Positions 9,692 through 19,171 of a DNA stretch of 47,455 nucleotides are shown in pieces. The position numbers were made by a program, and so were the translations under genes. Where the stretch lies: NCBI GenBank assembly GCA_964362915.1, contig CAYIGH010000005.1, positions 1 to 47,455 of the forward strand. The letters run 5' to 3'. The notes under the pieces were generated by a model. It saw only the letters and a program-made list of their open reading frames with translations. It had not been told where the DNA came from and searched no databases. The DNA is from Candidatus Woesearchaeota archaeon. Its GTDB lineage: Archaea; Nanobdellota; Nanobdellia; Pacearchaeales; GW2011-AR1. Position 1 is the stretch's first letter, and each line of letters starts with the position of its first letter.

Positions 9692-10033
9692 ATGAAAAAA
9701 TACACTGAAAATCGCCCTTGGGGGAAATTTGAGCAATTTACTCATAACGAAATATCCACAGTAAAAATAATAACAGTAAAACCAAAACAAAAATTATCCT
9801 TGCAATACCATAAAAAAAGAAAAGAATTCTGGCGCTTTCTAGACAATCCTGCAAAAGTCACAATAGGAAAGAAAACAATTAAAGTTAAAAAAGATCAAGA
9901 AGTAATTATACCCAAACGCGCATTACATACAGTTGAAGCATTAAATAAACCAGTGAGATTCCTTGAAATTGCATTCGGTAATTTCGATGAAAACGATATT
10001 GTTAGAATAAAAGATAGATATGGAAGGGTCTAG
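9692..10033 (+). CDS. Cupin, type II mannose-6-phosphate isomerase C-terminal-like
   Basis: RPWG.F, LSLQYH..R.E.W, EIAFG.FDENDIVR..D.YGR. Confidence 0.85.
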   Translation: MKKYTENRPWGKFEQFTHNEISTVKIITVKPKQKLSLQYHKKRKEFWRFLDNPAKVTIGKKTIKVKKDQEVIIPKRALHTVEALNKPVRFLEIAFGNFDENDIVRIKDRYGRV

Positions 10034-11395
10034 TCATCTTTTCACAATTCCCAAAACCTCTTTCAATTTCTCTTTCATAATCTTCTTATTTACAGCTTCT
10101 AAATTTACCCTCAATAACGGCTCAGTATTGCTCTTCCTGACACTAAACCAATAATCATTAAATTCTATCCATAAGCCGTCAAAATGGTCAATTTTCTTTG
10201 GCTTTTTAGCTCTGTAATATTTCTCAATCCTGCTCAATACATCCTCATTGTCATTTAGAACAATACTTACTTCATCTGCCTGAGAATAAACATTAAACTC
10301 TTTAATTAGATCAGAAAATTTCATTTCTATTTTTTTAGCTTCAGAGTAGATATCCAAAATTATCAAAGAAGTTATTAATCCAGAATCAGCATGATAATTA
10401 TCCTTATAATAATAATGCCCTGAATGCTCCATCCCGAACAAAGCATTTGTCTTCCTCATTCTCCTTTTAATGTATGCATGTCCGACTTTCTCTCTTAACG
10501 ATATTCCGCCATACTTTGATATAACCTCTTTTATTATTCTGCTTGTTGCAGAACTGTAAATTATTGGAGATTTACCCTTTTCTCTGGACTTCTTTAAGAA
10601 ATATTTTGTTAAAAGTGCGCCAAGATGCGAGGTATTAACAAATCTTCCTCTTTCATCGACAAAAGTTACTCTATCCATGTCACCATCAAATGCCATACCA
10701 AAATCTGCTCTTTTGTTCCTGACATTTTTTTGTAATGTTCCGATATTCTTTTTTATTATTGGATTTGGAACATGATTGGGAAATCTTCCATCCAACCTAA
10801 AATATAAAGGAATAATCTTTAAATCTAACCCTCTGTAAATAAATGGAATAATCTTTCCAGCCATTCCATTGCCTGCGTCTATAACAACTTTAACGTTCAT
10901 TATTTTTCTTGAATCAGCAAAAGACAAGACATATTTTTTATATTCCTTAAATATATCTTTCTTAATAATAACTCCACTTTTATAAGATTTAAAGAAATTT
11001 TCTTTCTCAATTATTTTTTCAATCTCATCAAATCCATTTTGGCTGTCAACAGGTTTTGCTCCAGAATCCAATATCTTGATTCCATTATATTCTGCTGGAT
11101 TGTGAGATGCAGTAATCATAATGCCCGGCTTTTTATAGCGGCCTGTCATAAAATATAAAGATGGCGTATCTATCATGCCAATATCAATAACATCTGCTCC
11201 AGATTCAATTACGCCCCTTGCTAAAGAGCTAAATAATCTTGGAGATGATAGTCTCATATCTCTTCCCACGAAAATATTTTTGCATTTTAGAAATTTAACA
11301 ACAGCTTTCCCTACTTTAAAAGCCAAGTTATCGTCAAGAATCTCTCCATAAATACCTCTGATATCGTTTGCCTTGAAAACCTCTTTTAGATCCAT
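10034..11395 (-). CDS. manB: Phosphomannomutase/phosphoglucomutase
   Basis: F.A.DIRG, TASHNP, FDGDMDR, E.SGH, R.SNTEP motifs; start set at MDLKEV (11395). Confidence 0.92.
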   Translation of the reverse strand: MDLKEVFKANDIRGIYGEILDDNLAFKVGKAVVKFLKCKNIFVGRDMRLSSPRLFSSLARGVIESGADVIDIGMIDTPSLYFMTGRYKKPGIMITASHNPAEYNGIKILDSGAKPVDSQNGFDEIEKIIEKENFFKSYKSGVIIKKDIFKEYKKYVLSFADSRKIMNVKVVIDAGNGMAGKIIPFIYRGLDLKIIPLYFRLDGRFPNHVPNPIIKKNIGTLQKNVRNKRADFGMAFDGDMDRVTFVDERGRFVNTSHLGALLTKYFLKKSREKGKSPIIYSSATSRIIKEVISKYGGISLREKVGHAYIKRRMRKTNALFGMEHSGHYYYKDNYHADSGLITSLIILDIYSEAKKIEMKFSDLIKEFNVYSQADEVSIVLNDNEDVLSRIEKYYRAKKPKKIDHFDGLWIEFNDYWFSVRKSNTEPLLRVNLEAVNKKIMKEKLKEVLGIVKR

Positions 11396-11598
11396 TCTAT
11401 ATTTAATCTTTCTCAATATAAAAGCTTAACCTAACAAATATAAAGAACAATAAATCTGTTAAATCAGAATAATTATTTTCATTTTATACAGATAAAATAA
11501 CTTTTGGCTAAGAAATCTCACCATCATCAAAAACAGAAACGTTTTAAAACTCTAAAGTCTTGTCTAGACTGATAAAAAGAGGTTTATAGCTGACAAAA

Positions 11599-13797
11599 AT
11601 GCAAAAAGAGGCGGATCCTTACATACTCTATATGGCTACATATCCCCCAAGGGAATGTGGAATTGCTACATTTACAAAAGATATCAGTGAAGCAATAGAC
11701 AAAAGATTTTTCCCGACGTTAAAATCCAGAGTTATTGCAATGAACAATAACGGCACGAATATCTATAACTATCCAAAAAAGGTAATTCTTCAGATAAGCG
11801 ACACTGAGATAACAGATTATCTAGAAATGGCAAAGAGAATAAATCATAAATCAGATGTAAAATTAATTAATATCCAGCACGAATTCGGCATTTTTGGCGG
11901 CGAGCACGGTGAATACTTAATTCCTTTCCTAGAGGTTCTTAGAAAACCAGTCGTCATCACATTCCATAGCATTCTCCCATCTCCAAATGAAAAACTGAAA
12001 AAAATAGTAAATGAAATAGCAAAAAGAGTTGATGCAATAATTGTAATGACAAAAAAAGGAGTTGAGATTTTACGTGAATATTATCAAATAAAAACAAAAA
12101 TATATGTTATTCCTCATGGTATTCCGAATGTTTCATTTGAATCGCAAAAAAAAGAAAAGAAAAATATAGGGTTGCAAAACAAAATTGTTCTTTCGTCTTT
12201 CGGAATGATAGGCCTAGGAAAAGGTTATGAATACGTTATAGAAGCACTTCCAGAAGTTGTAAAAATTTATCCTAATTTGATTTATATTATAGTAGGAGAA
12301 ACTCACCCAATGGTGAGAAAAAAAGAGGGGGAAAAGTACAGAAATATACTTGAGGCAAGAATAAAAGAGTTAAAATTGCAAAAATATGTTAAGTTCTATA
12401 ATAAATACGTCACACTATCTGAGATAATCCAATACTTAAAAGCAAGTGATCTCTATCTATCAACATCTGATAATCCAAATCAAATAACATCTGGGACATT
12501 ATCTTATGCAATGGGATGCGGGAGGGCTGTTATCTCAACCCCATTTTTACATGCGCAGGATATAGTAACTGAATCCAGAGGCAGATTAGTAGAATTCAAG
12601 AATCCAGAATCTTTCAAGAAAGCGATTTTAGAGTTATTGTCAAATGATAAATTAAGAAGGGAAATGGAAAAAAATGCTTATCACTATACAAGACATATGA
12701 CCTGGCAGAATGTTGCGGCTTCTTATGGGAGGGTTTTTAAGGGAATACTGAGAAATAAAGGAATAGAAATCAAAGATCTGCCTCAAATTAACATAAAACA
12801 TTTAGTCAAACTTACAGACGACTTTGGAATAATTCAGTTTGCCGATCAATCAAAACCTAATATAAAATCAGGTTATACATTGGATGATAATGCCCGCGCC
12901 CTGTTGACATCTACTATGCATTATGAAAAATTTAAGGAATATAAGCAATTAAAGATGATAAAGACATACCTTGAATACATAAACTATGTAAAAGGCAAGG
13001 ACGGAAGATTATATAATTTCGTAAATGGGGAGGGAAAACTTGATGAAACAAAATGGAGCGAAGATGCACACGGAAGAGCATTATGGGCACTAGGCTACAT
13101 TTATTCTTTATCAGACATGCCCATGGATTTTAGACAAAAAGCAGAAAAACTATTTCTTGAAGCATTTCCAGCAACGTCCATAATTACTTCACCAAGGGCA
13201 ATAGCATTCACAATAGCAGGCCTTTATTTCTATAATAAAGAGAAAAATTCAGGAACAATAATAACAAATATAAATAAACTGGCAGATGGTTTAATGGCGC
13301 TGTATGAACATAATAGCACAAAAGAATGGAAGTGGTTTGAACCTTATTTAACATATTCTAACAGCAAACTTTCAGAAGCATTATTCTATGCTTACCTTAC
13401 AACAAACAATACAAAATATCTAAGGATAGCAGAAGAAAGTCTTAATTTCCTAATTGAACAAACATTTAATGAAGACATTTTTATTCCTATAGGCCAAAAA
13501 GGATGGTATAAAAAAGACGGAGAAAGAGCTTATTTCGATCAGCAGCCTATCGAAGCGGGCTACACTGTACAAACTCTAATAGCTGCCCATAATATAACTA
13601 AAAAAGAAAAATATAAAAAATACGCCTCAGACGCATTTGAGTGGTTTTTAGGGAAGAATATGCTTAATCAAACAATCTATAATGATTCAACAGGCGGCTG
13701 CCATGACGGCCTCGGAGAGCAATCAATAAATCTCAACCAAGGCGCAGAAGCCACAATCTCTTATTTAATGGCTAGATTATCCTTGATGGATGTCTAA
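11599..13797 (+). CDS. GT4 (mannosyltransferase-like) glycosyltransferase fused to a C-terminal (alpha/alpha)6 glycosidase-like domain
   Basis: N-half TYPPRECGIATF, QHEFGIFG, KG.E, SGTL; C-half GY..DDNARAL, EDAHGR, FDQQP.EA, NQGAE. Confidence 0.85.
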   Translation: MQKEADPYILYMATYPPRECGIATFTKDISEAIDKRFFPTLKSRVIAMNNNGTNIYNYPKKVILQISDTEITDYLEMAKRINHKSDVKLINIQHEFGIFGGEHGEYLIPFLEVLRKPVVITFHSILPSPNEKLKKIVNEIAKRVDAIIVMTKKGVEILREYYQIKTKIYVIPHGIPNVSFESQKKEKKNIGLQNKIVLSSFGMIGLGKGYEYVIEALPEVVKIYPNLIYIIVGETHPMVRKKEGEKYRNILEARIKELKLQKYVKFYNKYVTLSEIIQYLKASDLYLSTSDNPNQITSGTLSYAMGCGRAVISTPFLHAQDIVTESRGRLVEFKNPESFKKAILELLSNDKLRREMEKNAYHYTRHMTWQNVAASYGRVFKGILRNKGIEIKDLPQINIKHLVKLTDDFGIIQFADQSKPNIKSGYTLDDNARALLTSTMHYEKFKEYKQLKMIKTYLEYINYVKGKDGRLYNFVNGEGKLDETKWSEDAHGRALWALGYIYSLSDMPMDFRQKAEKLFLEAFPATSIITSPRAIAFTIAGLYFYNKEKNSGTIITNINKLADGLMALYEHNSTKEWKWFEPYLTYSNSKLSEALFYAYLTTNNTKYLRIAEESLNFLIEQTFNEDIFIPIGQKGWYKKDGERAYFDQQPIEAGYTVQTLIAAHNITKKEKYKKYASDAFEWFLGKNMLNQTIYNDSTGGCHDGLGEQSINLNQGAEATISYLMARLSLMDV

Positions 13798-13800
13798 ACT

Positions 13801-13886
13801 ATAGTCAAGGACGCTGAAATTTGACCGTTTGCGCCTTGACTATCAAGGGAAAGACGCACTATATTGGTAGAAAACTTGCGTCTTTC
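13801..13886. repeat. Two tandem perfect 10-bp inverted repeats between convergent genes
   Basis: ATAGTCAAGG (13801-10)/CCTTGACTAT (13834-43) and GAAAGACGCA (13849-58)/TGCGTCTTTC (13877-86). Confidence 0.8.
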
Positions 13887-13983
13887 ACTATATCTTTAAA
13901 CTTGACCGTTCTAATAAGCATAAAGTCTAATAGATAGAATATTCGATACTTGAAATGGTTTCTCGATTAATTCTTTATATTGA

Positions 13984-14991
13984 CTAACTCTTCGGCAAAA
14001 ATTCCTTTAATGCCCTTGCATCTATCCTATAAGCCCTAACAAAAGAATCATCAACATGCGCATATAAAATTCCCTCATTCTTATCTTTCATTAAAAAATC
14101 ACTTGCAAAAGTTATTGTTTTCGCTCCAGGATCTTCAAATAATGGTTCTTCTGAAATCCAAGGTATTTCTCCAGTCTTATAATCATAGAGTATCAATCCA
14201 GGCCTAAACTTTCTGTAAATAGTTTTATTTCCTCTTCTCAGACTTTTCTCTCTTCCGTTAACAATTCCTACTAATAAATCATTCCCATAATCTATAAATT
14301 CTTTTGGTAAAAATGTGCAAGGAGATAAATGTTCAGCACACCATCCGTATCCTGTATCTACTGGATGCAATGCAACTCCTAAATATTCCCAATCTCTTCC
14401 CATATTATCTGCCCTAACAACCGTAATTATAGAATTATCTCCTGCTCCGGCTTCTGCCAAATTAATTCTGCTCCTTCGATATTCTAAAGGAGAAATAGCG
14501 ACCTCTTTAAATCCAGATATTCCATTCCCAAATTCAGGTTTCAAAACAGGATCAGTTGCAGTCAAATGTTCTAAATCTTTTCCAGAAGCGTGTCCTAAAT
14601 ATAACCCATATCCAATAAAAGGCATTGTAAAATAAACATGCTTATTTCTATTTTTATCAGTCCAGATATCAGGATCTTCTAATCCAATAAAGTCAGATCC
14701 TTCTTTCTTACATTTATTAACTATCTTATCAATTCCTTTTATCTCTAATCTCCCTGATTGCTCCCATTTTAACCCGTCATTGCTCTTTACATAATAAAGC
14801 TGGCTTCTATCAATAAATCCTGCAACCTTAACATCTCCCTCTCTTTTAACAATAACACGAGCTAAACCATTTAATCTTCTTCTTGAAGATTTATCAACAG
14901 CTAAAGCCATAACATGCTCCTGATTTTCAGTTCTTTCTAAAGCCGGCTCTTTATACATTGTTACTGCACTATTTAGTTTTTTAGTTGTCAT
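13984..14991 (-). CDS. Divergent five-bladed beta-propeller glycosidase/phosphorylase (GH130/GH43-like)
   Basis: GLEDPDIW, KE, PLFEDP..ITFASDF, LYAHVDD; start moved to MTTKK (14991) to avoid overlap with the upstream ORF. Confidence 0.6.
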   Translation of the reverse strand: MTTKKLNSAVTMYKEPALERTENQEHVMALAVDKSSRRRLNGLARVIVKREGDVKVAGFIDRSQLYYVKSNDGLKWEQSGRLEIKGIDKIVNKCKKEGSDFIGLEDPDIWTDKNRNKHVYFTMPFIGYGLYLGHASGKDLEHLTATDPVLKPEFGNGISGFKEVAISPLEYRRSRINLAEAGAGDNSIITVVRADNMGRDWEYLGVALHPVDTGYGWCAEHLSPCTFLPKEFIDYGNDLLVGIVNGREKSLRRGNKTIYRKFRPGLILYDYKTGEIPWISEEPLFEDPGAKTITFASDFLMKDKNEGILYAHVDDSFVRAYRIDARALKEFLPKS

Positions 14992-14992
14992 T

Positions 14993-15289
14993 TCAATTAT
15001 CTTTCTTACTTGGAATAACAACTGGTTGCCGTTCTGAATCATATTTTAATTCGTATAATTTATCATCAATTTTTAAATAAGTTTCTCTAAGTCCCTCGCC
15101 ATCTGATTTATCAAGATCCCTCAATATAATATTATTGGGATTAATATAATTAGATTGAACATTATCTCTATGTGTTCTAATTACAATATAGCTACTAATC
15201 ATTGCCCCAATGCTCGCAGCTAAAACCATACTGCTAAAGCTAGCATGTCTTGTATCAACATTTTGTTCTTTTGCAGGTTGTCTATTCAT
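14993..15289 (-). CDS. Hypothetical protein with one TM helix
   Basis: 98-aa ORF abutting the downstream gene start. Confidence 0.55.
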   Translation of the reverse strand: MNRQPAKEQNVDTRHASFSSMVLAASIGAMISSYIVIRTHRDNVQSNYINPNNIILRDLDKSDGEGLRETYLKIDDKLYELKYDSERQPVVIPSKKDN

Positions 15290-15389
15290 AAAAATTATAT
15301 ATTATACAACATTTTTAAACATTTCTAGTTAATAATTAAATAGTAGTTACAATAAGAAGATTTAAATAATCTCCCAATATAAAATTATT

Positions 15390-15890
15390 ATGAGAACCGC
15401 ATATGTTTCAGGAAAGAAATTTTTATTTGATGATAAGTTAAGATTAGTAAGAAGGGTGAAAGATTTTTCAGATAAGGTGGAAAAATATAGTGTTACTTAT
15501 ATAACAAATACACCTGTTATTAATTTAGTTGGTCGCATTCGTAATAGATTGCAAGGAAATAATTTAAATGAATATGATTCTACTATACTCTTGGAAGCAC
15601 AAACATTTTATAAGATTACCTATGGAAAGGAAGAAATATCAGCAGAGTTAAGATCTGTTCTTCATCCTAATTCAGGCCCTTTAATATCAACATTCCACAT
15701 AGAAAATAATGAAAGAATTACTTTTTATGAAACAAATGGTTTTGGAATTGATACAGGAAAAGAAATGGAAAAATATCCAAATTTATTAGAAGCATTTGCT
15801 AGAAAATTCAGGAGAGTTTTTAAAGAAGATTCGGAATTGCAAAAAAGAATCTCCTCCCATTTTAAACCCTTAGAGCCTTACTTAAAATAG
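15390..15890 (+). CDS. Hypothetical protein
   Basis: 166-aa ORF preceded by TATA-like TTTAAATA about 25 nt upstream. Confidence 0.6.
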   Translation: MRTAYVSGKKFLFDDKLRLVRRVKDFSDKVEKYSVTYITNTPVINLVGRIRNRLQGNNLNEYDSTILLEAQTFYKITYGKEEISAELRSVLHPNSGPLISTFHIENNERITFYETNGFGIDTGKEMEKYPNLLEAFARKFRRVFKEDSELQKRISSHFKPLEPYLK

Positions 15891-15945
15891 ATGATAAAAT
15901 TTCAATTAAGACAATATTTTTATACTATTTTATCCAATTAAAATA

Positions 15946-17082
15946 ATGATCCCAACAAAAAAAGAGATGGTTTTAATAAAGCCCTCTAATTTCAAAACAT
16001 CATCAAAAGAACTTGAAATAATTGGAACAATAAACCCCGGAGCAATAAGATTGCCAAATAATGATATAGTTCTATATATAAGGGTAATTGAAAAATTAAT
16101 AAAAGATCAAGATGAAAATTATTATTATTCTCCTAGAATGGAAGGCGAAGAGACTTACAAATTAATCTTAGACAAATTTGATAAAAAATTAGTGAAATAT
16201 AAAAATCCTTTAGATATTGTTTTCAAAGATGACACAAAAAGATTAACTTTTATATCTCATTTTAGAAGAATTATCTTAGACAAAGATGGTTTTAAAATAA
16301 AATCAATAGATAAAAAACCTTCATTTTATGGTTTATCTTGGGATGGAGAATTAGGAGTTGAAGACCCTAGAATAGTTAAAATCAACAATCTGTATATTAT
16401 GACATATGTCGCACTATCTCGAGAAGCAAATATATCAACATGTATTGCAATTTCAAATGATTGTAAGAAATGGTATAGAAGAGGTATTATATTTGAAGAA
16501 CAGAATAAAGATGTCGTAATATTTCCAGAGCTCTTTAATAAAAATTATATGGCTTTTAATCGCCCAGAAGGAAGTTTTGAATTTACACAGCCACATTTAT
16601 GGAATTCGTATTCAAAAAATCTAGAAGATTGGGGCAGATCTAAACCATTTATCTTATCCGAAAAGGGTTGGGATTCTGGGCGAGTTGGCGCAGGACCTCC
16701 TCCAATTAAAACAAAAGAAGGATGGTTATTGATTTATCACGGTGTGAAAGAGAGAAGCGCAATAGATAATTCTATAATAGGAAGAATAAAAAGACTATTA
16801 GGAATAAAAAATAAAAGACTTGTTTACAATGCGGGAGCAGTTTTGCTTGATTTGCAAAATCCTTCAAAAATATTAGCAAAAACAAAAAACCCTATAATAT
16901 CCCCCAATAAAAAATATGAAAGGGGCACTTTTGAAAAGAAAGATGTCTTTTTCCCAACAGGCCTAGTCTTAGACCAAAATGAGAAAGATATCTTGCTTTA
17001 CTCTGGAGGGGGAGATATTGTAACAACTGTAAGAAAAATCAACATTAATCAAATATTAAATAATCTAGAAATCATAACTTAA
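15946..17082 (+). CDS. GH130 family beta-mannoside phosphorylase/glycosidase
   Basis: NPGA, GVEDPRI, NKD.VIFP, G.GPPP, LIYHGV, V.FPTG, YSGG.D motifs. Confidence 0.85.
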   Translation: MIPTKKEMVLIKPSNFKTSSKELEIIGTINPGAIRLPNNDIVLYIRVIEKLIKDQDENYYYSPRMEGEETYKLILDKFDKKLVKYKNPLDIVFKDDTKRLTFISHFRRIILDKDGFKIKSIDKKPSFYGLSWDGELGVEDPRIVKINNLYIMTYVALSREANISTCIAISNDCKKWYRRGIIFEEQNKDVVIFPELFNKNYMAFNRPEGSFEFTQPHLWNSYSKNLEDWGRSKPFILSEKGWDSGRVGAGPPPIKTKEGWLLIYHGVKERSAIDNSIIGRIKRLLGIKNKRLVYNAGAVLLDLQNPSKILAKTKNPIISPNKKYERGTFEKKDVFFPTGLVLDQNEKDILLYSGGGDIVTTVRKININQILNNLEIIT

Positions 17083-17205
17083 CTAATCAACAACCCTGCC
17101 CCTAACAATCCCGGCTCTTCCAATTTGCTCCACATAGTATCGTACTTCTTAGGCAGAAGGATATATTTTCAACCTTCGCACGAACAATATTCAAAAAGCC
17201 CTCTT
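17079..17205 (-). pseudogene. Frameshifted C-terminal remnant of a ROK-family sugar kinase
   Basis: Manual translation GFLNIVRAKVE[frameshift]YILLPKKYDTMWSKLEEPGLLGAGLLIS*, matching the ROK C-terminal S.L...G.LGA motif; no start or N-terminus. Confidence 0.55.
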
Positions 17206-17212
17206 CTTTATT

Positions 17213-17488
17213 TCAATCTTCACTGTCATTTAGCATATCCATTATTCTTTCTATATTCAATAAATCTCTGGAAAATTGGGTATCATCTACCTGTATTATA
17301 ACAGCAGGATTCTTTAAATCTGCTCTAACATACAATCTGGAATCCAGCACAAAATTATCATAGTCAGAATCAACAATCCTCTCATCTGAAATAGCAACAA
17401 ACATTCCCAAATAACTTTTTTTTATATTTTCATAATTATCTCTAAAATATTTATGCTGTTTTTTAAAATAATTGTCATGAAAACTCAT
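17213..17488 (-). CDS. Small protein, DUF5678-like
   Basis: YF..NY..I...Y.G.FVAI....IVDSD pattern. Confidence 0.55.
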   Translation of the reverse strand: MSFHDNYFKKQHKYFRDNYENIKKSYLGMFVAISDERIVDSDYDNFVLDSRLYVRADLKNPAVIIQVDDTQFSRDLLNIERIMDMLNDSED

Positions 17489-17489
17489 T

Positions 17490-17915
17490 TTACTGCCAAG
17501 AAGCCAGAATTCCTGCCATTATTAGTAAAGATACAAGATGATATAAAACATTAATTAAATAAAATTTGATTGGTTTGCTCTCCCATAAAACGCTTCCTAT
17601 TAATATTGGCACAATAAAACCTATCCAAATCCAAAATCCTGCCTGCATTCCTTCTATGAATGTGCTTGCACTTAAATATTGAACAAAATGAGCAAGAACA
17701 AAAGCCATTAATAATGTCCCTATAAATCCTGTCAAATATAATTTGCCCATTCCTTTTTTCTTAGCCGCTTCAATATCCTTTTGATTAAAGCCACCAAATT
17801 TCATCCAGGCATTTCCAAAAAGAATTGGAGAATACCATAAACCGCCTATTATAAAAGATATGACTGCAGAAATCAGAACTGTAAGATAATTTATTGTGAC
17901 ATCTGGAACAGCCAT
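17490..17915 (-). CDS. DUF1761 family membrane protein
   Basis: INY..V....FIIGGLWYSP.LFG.AW, W.GF, WE.KP...LIN; start set at MAVPDV. Confidence 0.85.
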   Translation of the reverse strand: MAVPDVTINYLTVLISAVISFIIGGLWYSPILFGNAWMKFGGFNQKDIEAAKKKGMGKLYLTGFIGTLLMAFVLAHFVQYLSASTFIEGMQAGFWIWIGFIVPILIGSVLWESKPIKFYLINVLYHLVSLLIMAGILASWQ

Positions 17916-17999
17916 TTTTAATCTTTTTATATAAAATATCCCATATTTAAATATCTTTGGAAAAGCAAAATAGTTAAATTTCATTTGCGATGATAAATA

Positions 18000-18350
18000 A
18001 TGGCAACTTACAGAATAGTTGATGAATATGGCAAGAAAGGAGTTGAAGTTAGAGAAGAAAATAAAATAATCAGATTTTATGCTTATTCACAAATAGCCCT
18101 GAATTCAAGAATAAAAATTCCTGCCAATCTCAAAAAAGAGGATATTCCAGAATACGAAAGAGATGAGCACTATAGAATTTCTCAGCTTTATTATATTTAT
18201 GAAAGATTAAAATTTTTATCTAATAAAAAAAGAGAGTTAATAGAAGAAGTGGAGAAAGAACTGCCAATCGAAACAGCGTTGCAATGGGAAAAGAATTTTA
18301 GATATGTTTACTACTCTCAATATATAGATGAAAAAAATAAAATCAGTTAA
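18000..18350 (+). CDS. Hypothetical protein
   Basis: 116-aa ORF. Confidence 0.5.
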   Translation: MATYRIVDEYGKKGVEVREENKIIRFYAYSQIALNSRIKIPANLKKEDIPEYERDEHYRISQLYYIYERLKFLSNKKRELIEEVEKELPIETALQWEKNFRYVYYSQYIDEKNKIS

Positions 18351-19119
18351 TCTTTTCTTTATCTAACCTATCTTTAACTCTATTTTCCAATTGTTCAGAT
18401 ATCTGGTCATAAAAGAAATTATTCCACCTCTGCTTTTTCAGGTAATCGTAAAGACTCATTGAATCAAAATCACATCCTTTTAATTCCATATCTCTGCAAC
18501 AAAGATAATCCAGCAAAACTCTGTAATCTTTAGATGCTTTTCTATTTTCTAAAATAATATCTTTGAATTTATTATTATATTTTTTGTTGAATGTTTGAAG
18601 TTGTGCAAAAAATTCATCTTCTTTTAAACCTCTAAACTCTTCTAATTCCCTTTCCAGTTGTGCCAATCTTTTTAGAGAAGTTTTAAATTCTCTTAAATCT
18701 TCATCAGTATAATGTTGAGAAGAGGAAGTATAAGATATCAAATCTTTAAAAAATTGGGTTCTCATTTTAACATAATCTGCTCTAATTTCTTTTGGCACTA
18801 AGGAAATTTCTCTCTCAAGTGCTTTTGCACATCTTCCTATTTGATTAATGCCAATTTCAGAAAATTCAATAACTTCATGGGCAACAGCATATCTTCTAAA
18901 ATCTTCTTTTATAGAATTGGAAACCCCATAAATAGCTCCATCCTGCCTATCTTTGCCTGTCATTCTAAAAACAAAATTAGACAAACCGGAATTAAGTTCT
19001 TTGGGAATTACAAAATAGCTGAATTTTAAATCGCCTATTTCAGCATCTATTTCTTTAAACCCTTGTTCTTTGAAAAATATTCTTCTCGCATCAATTTCTT
19101 CCTTTGAATAAGTTTGCAT
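18343..19119 (-). CDS. Hypothetical protein with HExxE motif
   Basis: 258-aa ORF, AVAHEVIE. Confidence 0.55.
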   Translation of the reverse strand: MQTYSKEEIDARRIFFKEQGFKEIDAEIGDLKFSYFVIPKELNSGLSNFVFRMTGKDRQDGAIYGVSNSIKEDFRRYAVAHEVIEFSEIGINQIGRCAKALEREISLVPKEIRADYVKMRTQFFKDLISYTSSSQHYTDEDLREFKTSLKRLAQLERELEEFRGLKEDEFFAQLQTFNKKYNNKFKDIILENRKASKDYRVLLDYLCCRDMELKGCDFDSMSLYDYLKKQRWNNFFYDQISEQLENRVKDRLDKEKIN

Positions 19120-19171
19120 TTCACTTATTCAAAACATAGATTTATTAATATATTTATCTAAAATTAGCAAT

